Shown here: positions 26,279 through 41,049 of the stretch, one piece after another
Layout of the letters: every line of letters starts with the position of its first letter
How positions within the stretch are numbered: the first letter of the stretch is position 1
Origin: Perna viridis
Lineage: Eukaryota
DNA: 64,000 nucleotides
Assembly (NCBI GenBank): GCA_037379345.1
Contig: CM074514.1
Location: 8,618,001-8,682,000 of the forward strand
Reading direction: 5' to 3'
Notes under the pieces: model-generated
Database searches by the model: none
Seen by the model: only the letters and a program-made list of their open reading frames with translations
What the model was told of the DNA's origin: nothing
Translations under genes and position numbers: made by a program

Positions 26279-28251
26279 CTTATTATTGTTTATATTAGTT
26301 CTTTGTATTGATTTTATTCGTAAGTAGAAAAAGTAATCAAAGATACCAAGATTTTAATGGAAATCAAAAGATCATTATCCAGGGATAAAGAGGTCAATAC
26401 AAACAGAAACACACACAACACAGAACATAAATAACCAAAAAAGGTAATACAAAACCAGTTAACAAATCAATATAGACCATGATTTCCAAGTTAATAAAGA
26501 TTTATTTGTGCTCAAAGAGCAAACAGGGATCGGAAAAAAAGTTTTCCGACTCACGTGGTCTTCACCCCCTCAATACAATTTATCACAACAATTTCAATAT
26601 AAACGCAGAAGCATGCAACAGTTGAACAATCATTACCAAAGGACATTTACATGTAAAGCAACAGCAATAATAACAGTGGAAAGATTGGACACGATAAAAG
26701 TAGAAATCCGTTGACAAATGAAATATTTAAGTGTTTCAAAATCTAGGTGTCGTTATTCTTGTTTTACAAGGGGTCGGTCAGGAAAAAGCTGACAGAATCT
26801 ATTGTGTAAAGCATTTTGGCCTCTTTAATGCTATGTTTTTTTTTTATGTCAAAATGAACAAAGATTCCCAGCATGTCAGTGTATTTTTTTCCAAAATGAA
26901 ATTGAAGTGAGTGTTTTTTTTTCAGTGTAAGTTGTGGCAGTGGAAAGTATCTAGGGTTGTTTGTCAAGTGGTTTTTGCAGACTGGTGCCGCCAATTTATT
27001 GACTTTGCTTTTCGGATGTTTCGAGTTTATTGACCACCATGTTCGCAAGGAAACTCATTGCTGCGTATATAGTTAACTTAATGCATATGGTATCAATCTT
27101 TTTTTGTCACAAGTCTTATAATGCGTGCTTTCGTCATACATATACGATATTACACGTTAATTTGGAAAATTATCGGGTATTTTGCGAAATTATCGAGTTG
27201 TAACACAATAGTATCAAGTTATTATAAAAGTACCGCATTATAACGCGAAAATAATCTTTTTAGTCTACCAAAATATGCTCGATGGGCTTTTGTTAATTTT
27301 GAACATAATGTGTGTCCAACAAATATATCAAAAATTGATATGGATAAAGTTAAATACCTTTGGCACTGTTTGTTGCCAATTTGGCAAGTTGAAATGACAT
27401 GTATTCATTATTATATTAATTAAATTAATTATATAATTATATTAAAGGGTTTTGAAGAATATAATATTTTATTCTTCATTTTATGGAAACAAACAGATAC
27501 AAACAATCCGCATTGTAAAATGTAAAAGATACCATCAATATAAATGCAGACGGAGTACAAATAACCACGACAGTGATGTTGTTTACGAGATCTTTAATTT
27601 GTGAATAAAAACATTTGATATAGGCCATTACCTTCGAGGCATTCGGGAAGTTTGCACGCAGCATCGTAGAGGGAATTTCCGAAGTTTTATTATCCATACA
27701 TATTTTTTACATTAACAACACCCTTTCTGTTCTGGTGATTTAAACTTATTAAAATGCCATCAGTTGTTTTTCTTTACCTATGGATACACAGGTTTGTGCA
27801 AAACAACTTTAGGTGCTGTTCATTTGTTAATAAAACAAGGACAATCTCGCTTCTTATATTTTATCTAAAACCTAAGAAGTTTGATAAATTTACAAACTAG
27901 TCGTTGATATTGATGTAGAAATGAATATTTTCATATTAAATCTACTCCAAAGGTCCACTTTAACTAATACGTGAATGCAAATGCGTGATTTAAATTGGGT
28001 CTTTCTGCCCTGACATTTAAGGAAACACTGAATTTTGTCTAATTCTCATGACCATTCGGCTAACTAGACTGTACAGCCATATTAATTCCTCGTAATAATT
28101 TTACAGCGTAAACGATATCGCAAAGAAAGTTTTGTAATTAAATAATAATACAAAATCTATTTTCTGTTCACAAGAAACATTTTTGTTTATATATTATAGA
28201 CTATATGTAATATGTATAATTCTTATATAGAATTATAACATTAATACTTAC

Positions 28252-28350
28252 CAAATCACCCTTGACTTCATTCAAACAGGTTTTGATAGGTTCTTCTCGG
28301 TTTAATTTAACGGCCTATTTTCCGAACACAGGTATTTATCTTCTTCACAA
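28252..28350 (-). other. Candidate non-coding first exon of copy A
   Basis: GTAAGT donor at 28246-28251; the ATG exon has its own acceptor, so an upstream exon is expected; 5' limit is a guess. Confidence 0.3.
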
Positions 28351-28534
28351 CGCAAGTGCGTAAAATAAGAGAAATATGAAGTATTCACTTCAGAATTTTA
28401 AATCCATACAATTTAAGCTATTTAAAAAAAAATGCTATCATAACTTTTGTATTGAATAAAATGATACACACGCTCTTAACTGTCTAAATATTTTAAACTT
28501 CCTTATTTATTAAGTTAAAGGATAAAGATTATTT

Positions 28535-31500
28535 TTTTTTAACTTTTTATTTTTTTTATTCAATAAGATACATATATACATAACAGATAGTTTAAACTAC
28601 ATGAAGAACATCACATGTTGTTTACTTAAACCGCATCATTCTGTACATACAAACAACCAGCTTAATAATGAGATATATGCTTTATCCTATTGGGTTTATT
28701 AAAAATACAGTAAATTAGGTGAAAAAAGGAATAATTTGATCTGAAAAAAAAGGAAAAAAAAGTCTGGCTGAATGTTTACAACATTGGGAGCATTAGGTTG
28801 CATTCAAAAATCTATAAGAGTTCCAAATTTTTTCAAAATTTTTCACACGTTTGTTTTTCGCAGCTATCATTTTTTCAATATTATACATATACTTCATTTT
28901 TTCTAACATTCCTTGCACATTTAATGGTTTATTATAACACTTCATACTGTAAATATAATGTTTCATCCAAAGAATAATATTATTTTGTGGATCACCTTTA
29001 CAACATTGTTTAATATTACCAAACAAAAATATGATTTTAGTGAATGCTATGCTTATACCATTATGAAGGAGCCATTGATCAATTTCTTCAATAAAATCCT
29101 GTACGTGTTCACATTCCCATAACAAATGTTCAATAGTTTCTATTCCTGAATTACAGAAGAAACAAAATGGAGAGGAGGCATTGGCAACTATATTGATAAA
29201 TTTGTTGGTTGTCAAAATCCTCTGATTAATTCTGTACTGGAGCCAATGCAGTTTTTGTGTTTTGTGTAACGACAAATGGAAGTTTATTAAAAACTTTCCA
29301 ATTCTCAATATCTACATTTAAAATTGTGCTCCACTTGGTGTTCCCTGTAGACGTACAATCATTTCTATTTAAAATACAATATATATCTCTTGAGCCCTTC
29401 TGACTCTTTAATATAGTTTTCACATGTGATGGAATGAAAGGAGATGCTAGTTTGTAGCTTTCTTTTGTAAACTGCTTACATATCTTTGATGTCAGAGACA
29501 TAATACTATTGTATTTCATTATATTCAAATTTACATAAAAAATATTTTGTAATTCGTCGTGTTTCAAAAAAGAACCATCTTCTCCAACCAAATCATTAAC
29601 ATAACGAATACCTCCATCAAGCCAGTTCTTATAAAGAATTGGTCGTTGTTCAACTTTAAACAAATTATTCATCCAAAGAGGACTGGCTAAAAAATATTCC
29701 CATTTTTTATCTTTCTGTCTCTCCGTTACCATTTCCCATGACAACAGAACATCTCGCCAAAAATTATTTTTAATATTTTCTCTTAAATGAGATATATATG
29801 CTGATCCACAGGTGAACAATTTTTCTTTGTCTACCTGTGATAAGAAAATATTTTGCCAATTTCCTTCATTTCTAAAAAGTCTCCTTATCCATGTACATTT
29901 CATGGCTTGAATGAAAGCATTTACATTGATCATCTTAAGGCTTCCTTCTTCATAGCATTTTTGTAATACATCTTTCTTAACTTTATGAACAGGTGAATTC
30001 CACACAAATGTATAAAAAATGTCGTTTATATTTTTCACCGTATCATCCCTTGGGTTTGGAAGTGACATTATAAAATGAATCAAAATTGGTAACAAAAGTG
30101 TTTTAACAACTGTTATTCTACCAATTACTGTGATATTGCGTTTTGACCACTGGTTTATTATACTTTTGATCTTTCTGATACTTTTATCATAATTTTGTTT
30201 TATCATCTTATCCAGGTCGACCTCAAAATTAACACCTAATAATTTGAAAGATGTAACTCCCCAAGAAAGATTTTTCTCTCTACATAAAACCTCCTTAGAA
30301 TACTTTTTGCTCCCAATCCAAACAACTTGAGTTTTTGAAAAGTTGATGTTAAGTCCCGAAATCTGGCCAAACCAATCAAGTTCATGTAATGCCTGGTTCA
30401 AGGACTCTTCTGAACCATCTAAAAGTAAAGATGTATCGTCTGCAAATTGGGACAATTTATGTTCAACCTGGATGACTTTGATTCCCTTTATATCATTCTT
30501 TCTAATTTTCACACTCAAAATTTCAGCACATAAGATAAATAAGTACGGTGACAAGGGTCCCCTTGTCTACAGCCCCGTTCAATTAAGAAAAACTCTGAAA
30601 GATTCCCACCCTGAATAATAGCGGAGTTTATGTTATTGTATAAAACTTCTGTCCATTTTATAATAGAATCCCCAAAGTTAAAGAACTTTAAAACATTTTT
30701 CAAAAATCTCCATGAAATGGAATCAAAAGCCTTTTCAAAATCGATTAATAATAAAAGGCCAGGTATATCATTTTCTTCACTATATTGCATAATGTCATAA
30801 ATAAGTCTAATATTCTCCCCAATATATCTTCCACTGATAAATCCAGTCTGATCAGTATGTATAAGATTACTCAAAACAGTCTTAAATCTCATAGCTAAAG
30901 CACCAGAACAAATCTTATATACTGTGTTCAATAAAGATATGGGTCTCCAATTCTTTAAAAAATGTCTTGGTTTATTTCCCTTAGGTAGACAAGTAATAAT
31001 GCCCTGTTTTTGTGTGACAGATAATTCTCCCTTTTGGTACCCTGCATTTAATGATCTAACAACAAAATATTTGAAATCCTTCCAAAAAAACTTAAAGAAG
31101 TCAGTAGAAAACCCATCAGAACCTGGCGTTTTATTATTTTTCATACGTTTTAATGCCAGACCAGCTTCATTAACAGTAATAATACCTTCTAAACTGTCTT
31201 TTTGATCATTTGTTAACTTTGTAAAATTTACACCATCTAAACCTTGATTAATATCATCATATACATTGACATTGTCATTGTCTTTTTTCTTATAAAGTGT
31301 TTCATAAAATTCCTTAACCTGGTTTAAAATCTCTTTCTGATCTGTAACTACCTCCCCATTATCTTTTTCAACTTTAGGAATGATTTTACTCGTAAAGTTC
31401 TTAGATTCTAGACTACAGAAATAACTTGTTGGCTTTTCCCCTTCCTCTATCCATTGTACTCTAGATCTAACCATTTTACCCTGCAATCTCTCCTTTCTGA

Positions 31501-32761
31501 TATTCTCTAATTCTTGCTTTTTTTGTTCTAATTGCTGTATTGAACCATTATCTAAATTTTCTTCTATATATCTTACCTCTTCCTTAAGTTTTTCCTCATT
31601 TTTGTTTTTCTCTCTCTTTTTAAAACTTGAATATGAGATGGATTTTCCACGTATTTCCATCAATAAAGTTTCAAGAAAGAGTTGATCATTTATAATGAAT
31701 TCAATTGACTCATTATCAATATCTTGTATACTCTCATGATTATAAACTGGAAGACAATATTGTTTCTTTACATCAAGTATCTTCTGGTGTACAATTTTGA
31801 TATATTCCTCATCATAAAGTAATGAGTTATTGAACTTCCATAACCCTTTCCCTCTAACAAATGGACAGATCTCCAATTCTAGTAATGTCTTAGAGTGGTC
31901 TGAACGATAACTTGGTTCAGCACAGCAATTTTTTTAAAATGATAACATACCCTCTGATATCAGAAAAAAATCAAGCCTTGCTTGTTTTAGAGGGTTTTTC
32001 TTCCGCCAAGTAAATCTTTTTAATTTTGGAAAAAGCTCTCTGAATGGATCTACCAGAGATCTATCCTCTATTATTTGCAGTAATTTATCTCTAGCATTGG
32101 GGTTGTTTATATGTAGATAATTACTATAATCTAGATCTGGAGACAAAACCAGGTTATAATCCCCACATATTACATAATATTCATTCTCAAAGTCATCAAT
32201 AACAGACATAATCTGGTCATAAAACGCAGGGCAGTCATTATTAGGACCATAGTAACTAATGTAAAACGTATCTTATCAACCATAACATCTAAAGCTAAAT
32301 AATTTCCATTTTCAACTTTTTTTTCCTTTGTAATCTTGAATTCAAAATTCTTATTAAATAGTATAGCAACTCCTCTAGAGTTAGTAGTGAAAGATGCAAA
32401 GAAACAGTCAAAACCCCAAAGTGATATAATATTGTTCTCTTGTTCAAATGCAAAATGAGTGTCTTGAAGGCAATATATGTTATACTTTTCTGATTTCAGA
32501 AAATTGAAAACATCCGTCCTCTTGGACAGGTCACCTAATCCTTGACAATTGACTGAAAGTATTTTTAAAGACCCCATGATTGTTGGGATATATAATAAAT
32601 CATTTTAAAATTTTGACAACAAAGACACAAAATAAACCATGTCTTAGGAATGCATAAAACATAAACACAGTAATGTACATGTATATTCAGTATTCTAATG
32701 AACTGCTGTTTCAACAAAGTCACCAAGAGAACAGCTAAACAACCACAATGTTTTTTTGCCA
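28535..32761 (-). mobile_element. L1/Tx1-clade LINE, 5'-truncated (ORF2 only), disrupted
   Basis: APE (SVNCQGL, CLQDTH, GDYN, RLDFFL, SDH), RT (WRPISLLN, DFEKAFD, RQGDP, QFADD), CCHC finger (CFFC...HLLWEC); A-rich 3' tail; TSD GATAAAGATTATTT at 28521-28534 and 32762-32775. Confidence 0.95.
28793..32577 (-). pseudogene. LINE ORF2 (endonuclease-reverse transcriptase) with 3 frameshifts and 1 stop
   Basis: Five ORF-track pieces; breaks at ~32250, 31934 (TAA), ~30555, ~29255. Confidence 0.9.
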
Positions 32762-33307
32762 GATAAAGATTATTTATGTTCGTGCTTTAGCTGTAGAGAC
32801 AACAACAGTTTTATTATGAACGTAAAAGTGTCTTTTCCGTGCAAGATTCTTTAAAAATTGTCATACATTTAGTACCGATTAACTTTTAAAGTGCTATAAA
32901 TGTTGATTTTGACCTGTCCATTGGCTACCTTGTCGCAAAAATTTTTGCTGATGACTACAACATAGTCTGAATATATTTTGACTTTTTATCTGAAAGTTAT
33001 TCATGTCCATTCCATTATTTGTTTTGTGTTGTATTGATCCCCTACTGGAGAGAATAAATATATCAACTGAATGAAATGTGTTATTTTGCAAAGAAGGCCA
33101 ACATATATCACACTAGCGACGAAGAACCAGCAAATAACGCAACAAGAAATATGTGTAGAATGGCCTAAACACCCGTTCTACTGCATAGAGTGTATAAATA
33201 ACTAAACAAAACATAATCACGTACAACGAAAATAAACATTGCCAAAAACATCTTTTCCACCCTTCTCAACTTCAATTGAGAAGGTTCGACATTAGCACGG
33301 TGGAAAA

Positions 33308-33370
<63 letters not shown>

Positions 33371-33391
33371 TATTTATTTATTGATTGATTG
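33308..33391. repeat. (ATTG)n microsatellite (SINE tail)
   Basis: About 20 units with a short ATTT interruption. Confidence 0.95.
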
Positions 33392-33697
33392 TTGGGGTTT
33401 AACGTCCGAGCAGCAATATTTCAGCTATATTCAGGCGATGAACATGAAATAGATAATAGAATGAACATGAAATGATGATAATGAAATGAAAAAGGGATGG
33501 GACACATGGATAATAGGATCGACAATTTTGATTGCCACTAGAAAAAGGGAGGGATGGTTAGGGTCGGGCAATTTAGCCTCCTGTGGCGGCGCGAAAAGGT
33601 TCCTACTGCTATCGAGTACAACAGCAGGATACTTTAACGTGCGATAACCGTGACATAGCCTGACAACCCCAGCATGTAACACGCCAGTGTACCCCAT
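33308..33697 (-). mobile_element. 5'-truncated copy of the same SINE with expanded (ATTG)n tail
   Basis: Reverse-complement homology to ~21463-21830 with an internal ~50-bp deletion. Confidence 0.88.
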
Positions 33698-33849
33698 GGA
33701 AGAACTGATCAGATAATTTACTCATAGCAATGACATTAAAGACAAACCCAGACAAAAAGCCATATATATACATATATATATTGCACTATGCCGGAGATAA
33801 GGTGCAAGATTTTTCTCGACCTTGACCATTGCTCCCTATGATGAAGATT

Positions 33850-36800
33850 GTGATCTCGGTGTATACAAACAAGCATTCGATGCATTGAATGCTTAATTTT
33901 TTCCAAAATGTAATAAGGTGTTTGACATTTACACATTTAGACAGTGCAAGCAAATCGCATATCATACAATTTTGCACATTATCAAGGCTTCGGCGTAGGG
34001 CCACCCGGGAAGAGCAAATGACTCTTGATGAACTACTATCTTTAGCACGATCGTTTGAAATTAGCGAACAACAAACCGTAAATATTGAAAAAGATGAAAC
34101 CATCCATGCTGTCCATCACAAAAGTAAACTAAAATTTTCGAGAGATCGTGGACCACCTAGGGGGCTAGTAAATTATAGGGGCAACCTTAGAAATCACAGA
34201 CAAGACAATCAAGGTAGAAATGAAAGAAAAAAGAATTTATAATTAAGGAGGTAATTTCCCTCACTCTAGGGGATTATGCGCAGCCAAAGTCAAGACTTGT
34301 AACAATTGCTAAAAGCAAAACCACTTTGTTTGCAATTCAGGCACAAAAATACATGCTATGAAGGCACAATCACACGAACAGTAACATGAAAATTACTCAA
34401 GCTCTGATGATGAGGATTTGATTGGCATTACAAAACAACAAAATTTTAAACAACCAAAAGCTTAAATAACAAAAAATACAATGCAGATTTCGAAATAGTA
34501 ATTGACACGTGTGCAACGGTGAACACTATGGATGAAAGAACTTTGTCAAATCTGCAAGTAAAGCCAAGATATTTCTTTATAAATCAGGAAATACTATTAA
34601 CCTCTTTGGAACATTTGACACTAAGATCAATTCCACTATCTACAAGACATGCACTTAAGCGACTGTCTATGTAATGAAAGGGATTTATGGTTCTTTCCTC
34701 AGTTACTCTACTGCAGCTGATCTGTACAAGTTTCCGACTATAAGAGTTGTTGATAGTAGTTGAAGTAGATGATATCAATTAAGAGTATGATGATCGTTTT
34801 CATTGCATAAGGAAAATCAAGCCGAAATACACATTGACGAGGATGGTACACCGGTAGCACATCCTCACCGCAGAATCCTCTTTCACGTTAGATAAAAAGT
34901 TGAGGATGCATTAAAGCCTTTGGAGGATTTAGACATCATCGAAAAAGTTGTTGGCCCCACTCCATGGGTTTTTCCTAAAGAGATTGCACCAAAACCTAAA
35001 AATCCAGAAAAAATCCGAATATGCGTCGATATGCGCTTGTCTAATGAAGCCGTCAAAAGAGAACAACACTTTTCACCTACTATAAATGACATCATAGTGG
35101 CGTAAAATACAGCAAAAATATTTAGTAAGCTAGACTTAAACCCTAGATACCAATACATCTAGAACTACATCTGGGCACATGTAGGTTTAAGACGTTATAA
35201 AAGACTGATATTGGACATTTCATCAGCTGCGGAGAAATTTCAGATGATTATCCGAGAATCTTTATATGGGTTATAAGATGTAAAAAAAACATACTGCTTA
35301 AACCTTTTTTCCGATGTATAACTGTTCCGATGTATTATTAATATCTCCTTTTTTGTACGGAACTGATTGCACATCCTTGGGTCAGAGGTCAGAAGCTTGT
35401 CGACACTGAAACCTGCTTGTTTCATCAACACACTAACAACGGTTTTATTGCCGGCTTTCCATGTAATTTTTAAGTTTTAGTCTCAACATAGAATATGTCC
35501 AACTATTCCCAAATTGTGGTATGCCATATTATTTCATCCCTTTCAGATATGTAGAAAATACACATGGAACCAATCATTCGATATTGATTTATCGCCTGCC
35601 ATTTGAAAAGCTTCCAAAAACAATCACATGACCAAAATACGCCATGTTTGAAAGGAAAAAAAACTATGGAAAGGCAGATAAATAAAAACATTGTCCAAAG
35701 ATTTGACAAATTAAAACATTTCTTACCTCATCTTAAAGCAATTTTTTTAAAGAAAAACATAATGAAAACAATGGTTGATATTTGACAACTGATTTTCATT
35801 AACAGGTTTAATAATTAAACAAAAAAAAAACAAGAATATGACATAATGTACAGAGGTGGAAAGTAAAATATCCGAATTTTATTTATATAAATAACATTAG
35901 TGTCGTCTGGCCAGCTCGGTAACTAGATCGGACGAATGACATTTTAACCACCGGATTACCAAGGGAATATCCAAGTATAAGCGACGATATTTTTGTGTAT
36001 GGCACAAATCAACAAGAACACAATGAACGACTCCAAAAAGTGTTTCAGTGCCTTCGAGAACGAAACATAACACTTAATAAAAAAGTGCAAATTTAATCGA
36101 GACAAAGTGAAATTCTTCAGATATGTATTTTCGAAAGATGGAATCTCAGCTTAACGAAACAACGAAACGAAAGCGTTTGAAACTCTGAAGACAAAGTTGA
36201 CTGACAGTGTAATGACCTATTTCCATCTATCATAACACACAGAACTTATCGTTGATACCCAGTTTGTTAAGGGGAAATTCTTGTCCAGGAAAGCAAAATT
36301 CTATTGTATGCAAGCCGTGCGTTATCCGATTTGAAGAAGAGATATTCACATACTGAAAAGAAACCACTGGCCATTTTATGGGGATGCGAACATTATCATT
36401 TGATTCTATTTGGATTTAACTTTACTTTGATCACTGATCACAAGCCCTTTGAGGTCATCTTTAACAACAAAAAGACACCAGCACGCAAAGAACGTTGGAC
36501 TACAAGCGTACAGTTTCACTGTGAAGTACCAACAAGGTTCGAACAATCAAACTGATTATATGTCACGACACCCTTGTGGAAGCAATAGCCAGGCAAGTTT
36601 TCGTCATGAAAATAAGGCAGAAGAATGTCTAACTTTTGTGACAAAAATTTTATTCCAAAAGCCATGTCGATGTCTGAAATAGCAATCGCGACAACAGAGG
36701 ATACATTGTTATTCGTGGAAAATTGGAAAGGACTACAAAACAGGTCAGAATTAGAATCATACGTTTGTATCAATGACAGTCTAACTATCGTCCAGACTAA

Positions 36801-37950
36801 AGATAGTGCTTCAACTGTCGTATTGTCATACCGCCACCGCTTACACAAAAAATAGTAAACATTTCTCAAGGACTGGTAAAAACCAAACAGCTTCTGAGAG
36901 AAAAATGTTTTTTGGTATAAATAATATTGTTGAAATTTTTAATCGAATCGCACGGAATGTCAAGCCATCATACTCGTTAACAAGCTCCCAGATAAATCAT
37001 GGACTTTCGTCTCTTCTGATTTCTATGAACCGCTACTGAGAGGAGAGTATCAGGTCTAACCGATGACTATTTGACATTCCCAGTAGTTGAAATTGCGATG
37101 TCTACCAGTTCGAAAACAGTTATTCGGAAGTTAGGTAACATTTTTTGCGCTATTTTGCAATTCCAGAAGAGCTTAAGTCCGATATTGGACCACGTTTCAG
37201 ATCCAAGAATTTGAAAATTCTCATATTATTTAGGATTACGCCAGAGGAAAATCGTTCCGCTTTGGCCAAGAGCAAATGCGTACGGAGAGGCCTAGAGGTC
37301 TGTGCGCACCATTAGCAAGACTGTTAAAGCAGCTCGTACTGAAGATAAAAGTTAGAAACGGGAATGCACAAAGTCTTAAAAAGTTATCGATCGACTCCAG
37401 ATGGCACCACAGGTGTAGCCCCAACTACAGCTTTATTCGGAAGGAACATTAAAACTAAACTGCCCGAATACAATATCAAATCAAAAAAGACAACAGACAT
37501 GTTGATGAAAAGGACAAACAGAAAATAAAAGACTATTGAGGCATTAAGAGCAAGTTAAAGACTCTGTTTTAAAGGAAGTTTGTTTTGTACTAGTAAAAAC
37601 ACCACATGCAAATAATCTATTAACACCTTACAAACTTGTTCCGTACACCATAATTGAAAATAAAGATTCGTTCGAGGATTACACGAGAAACTCTTCACAC
37701 TTCCAAATCTAATAAAGCTAAGTTATTTGTGTTTTCCTTTAATTTCAATAGTTTATTTAGTTGCTTAGTATTTATAGTTAATTGGAACTGTTCTTTTTGT
37801 GTTATTTGAAAAGCTGATAATCCAAATTTTGAGTAAGAATGTATTCAATTTTCATTTGTCAATCGCGGACATTTAGTGTATTTTCAAAAGTGACAATTTC
37901 GAAACAATCGAATGACAATATTTCTTAAACTTACAAGGAAAGAAGAAGTT
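33850..37950 (+). mobile_element. Decayed Ty3/Gypsy LTR retrotransposon internal region
   Basis: gag (TLDELLSLARSFEISE, Zn-knuckle remnant), protease (IDTCAT), RT (IRICVDMR, FSKLDL, SDDI), RNase H (YASRAL...TDHKP), integrase remnants; polypurine run 37935-37948 then TGTT at 37950; many stops and frameshifts. Confidence 0.88.
35263..35949. mobile_element. Insertion splitting the Gypsy RT, possible non-autonomous DNA transposon
   Basis: RT breaks after EKFQMIIRESL and resumes at TGLP...SDDI; ends tgggttataagatgt / acattttaacca form an imperfect inverted repeat. Confidence 0.5.
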
Positions 37951-40900
37951 GTTATATCCGGAAGTAATGCATATCCGCTCCGTTATTCTTATTTTGAATT
38001 GTTGGTCTAAAATGTCACAGTTCTCTCCCTCTACAGAGAGAGTAATGGATCAGTGTACATTAATTTGTTCGGAGATATTATAGCGAGTGACTTTCAGTGA
38101 CAATTTTCATTTTTAACGACACCTAATATGAACCTTTGTCAAAAATTAGTCGAAAGCTGACGTTAAGAACTTTTTTTGGAAATATAAGTCGCAACAATTT
38201 TTGGGTAAGATATGTTTGTACTTCGGGTCAAATTTACACAACAGAAATTACACTGAATACCTTTTACTATTGTGGCTCTCATGTCAACTAGAGATCTTCG
38301 AGCTTTAAAAATCTCATGTTTATGAAACACCAAAGAAACTCAGCATGCATAACAAAATTGTATTTTGCAGAGCACCTCGTAAGGCGTCTCGGTAATTTCT
38401 AAAGATCTTGATCGAGAGTTTTGGATAATAAACGCTGTGGCATTGTTATCTGTTATCGCAGTGAAACAATATTCGTTTTAGTGTCCACCCATGAACCCTT
38501 ATCATCAAAGCGGCAATTACAATTGCATATAATTCAATGTAGGCCATTGATAATTCCTTAGTTTCAAAATAAATACTTCTTCCCATTTGAGATACCAATT
38601 ATCCTTTTAATTCTTCACATTCTTGTAATTGAAATTTGCCATTTTATGACAAAATCGAATTCGACTGTTGCACATAATTTAGGATATTTTATCTTTATAC
38701 ATGGATATCTAGACTTGATTTCAAGCTTTTATTTTGCAAACACCCAAAAATAAACACTTGTATTTTACCATATTCTAAAAAACGATTATGTATAGTCAAC
38801 AGCCAACACAAAATAATGATTAATTCTCTTGTACTGTAAAACCTATACCGCTGAAATAAAAACAGTTCAGGCAGTCACGTATATTGATGAGTTTTACTTC
38901 ATTCATACTTCGATGCTTAGTCTGTATTTGGTTTTAGCTCATTAACAATGACGAGTATTGGTTAACTATATTCCTTCATTCCTATATAAATTATGATTCC
39001 CAACCTTTCTTTAAAGTTTGATAAAATTCACTTGAGTGACTAAGGAGAAGTTTTCTTGCTATATTCAACCATATAAATGACTTATAGTTAGATGAACCCC
39101 TCCCAATATCAATTGCCCGGCGGAAGCGGTGCAAATAAAAAGTTGTCCAAAAAAGTTAATGTCTCATGCGGAAAATTATTCAAAAAAGTTTTTTCCCATG
39201 GCACTCTTGATGAAAAATGTATTCGTTCCATGGAAACTATAATGCATTAACTAAAAATAAAAATCTGTATTTATCCTTTCTGTCCTTGATATTTTTATTT
39301 TTATGTAAAAATGGGCTATTTGATATCTCATTTTGAGTTTGTTTGCGCACATAAAACGTAACAACAGATAAACACTATTCATGATCAATTGACAGGGAAT
39401 ACGCAAACATTTTAACATTTAGAAGATGTTTTAACCTGCCGCACAGGATATATGACAAAAACAGTTTTTGTCAATTGTTGCAACCTCTTGTAAATCTCCT
39501 GTGCACTGTATTGGTATGAAATTCTGAATAATGAGAACAAAAATGTGTAGAAGGTGTAGAAGAAACTATGATTACCCATTCTTCTGCATGTGTATTAAAT
39601 AAATGTGTCACTAAAACACCTACTGACTTGTTCGAAAAACAGTTGCTTTGAAGTAGATCATACACCAAAGAACTTCAAAGCAGAAACAATATCTGACCTC
39701 ATAAGTTCACAGGTACCACATGAGTATCAAAACATATGTTCATTACTTTAAGCCTGTAAGGGAAATATCTATGTGTAACTGGTATATTCAGCAAAACCGG
39801 CAGTTTTAAAACCCTGTTCTTGGCATAGTTTGAAATACCTCAACTAATAATTTTCTCTACAAATCTGTTCTGGTTGCTTTAAAAGTACATTTGGTCAATG
39901 CTTTCTTAGCTGCTATAAAAACAGTTCATTCATACTCCGATGCTTAGTCTGTATTTGGTTTTTGCTCATTAACAATGGCCGCTTTGAGTTGACATTTTTC
40001 ACCCCGGTAGGGTTGTTAACTCTGACATATTCACCAAATCCATTCGATTATATTGATTTCGATTTAAGCTCTGACGTGTGACCTATTGCAATACGTATAA
40101 AGCGGTCTTACTCTGATATTCACAAGCATGTGACAATTCCATTTTAAGTTCAAGATTTATGGTTGCACAGAATGAGTCTTAGACCATTACTGAATTAAAA
40201 TATGAAATTCCAGTATATGTCTTATGCCAGTTTTCGTCTAATACGAGCATAATAGTATACAATTGAAACCTGATACGTTCGCAGATACGAAGAAACATAA
40301 ATTCATTCCATCTTCCTTTTTATCAGCCTTGTTATATTCATGATAACTTTAAAAGCCTCATGTGTACAATATGAATAGTCCTAATACACCCTCCGAATTG
40401 TCATGGTTTGATATGTCTTATGTTCGAATTGTTCGGCAAGGAAATAGGTGTATGACTGATAACGTCATTTTCGTAAAGACATGGACGCTATATTGTTGAC
40501 TGTTTGACCACTCCTATATTAAAAAAGCTATGATTCGATTTATATTTATTCATCGAATCTAGCAAATGTTTTCCCTGTTGTTGTTCTAAATCGCATTTAT
40601 ATTAACCCCTCAAAATATATGCAAAAAAATGGAGCAGTCGTGTTGAAATTTTAAACTGTTGAATGAAGGTACAAACTGGATAGTAAGAGGCTTTTGAGAA
40701 AATCATACAAAAACATTTTCTTTCCAAAATTCTTTTTAAAAAAAAGTTTAAAATAACGGAATAACAATAAAACACATTTAAAGTAGATTATAATAGTAGA
40801 AATATAAGTAATGAAAAAGTCATTGAACAAAATAATATATATCATTAAAATATCTAATTTACTTACCCAAGGTACACAACCCTATTTTATTTATTCGGGA

Positions 40901-41049
40901 GTAGAAAACGCATAGTTATACAAACAAACACTTATAGTGTAAGTTGGTCAAACTAGGTCGACAAAGAATACAGAACAAACACTATCAATCATTGTCACAA
41001 AGTATGAAGAAATAAATTCAATTGACAAATTATGTAATATCACTCTTTG

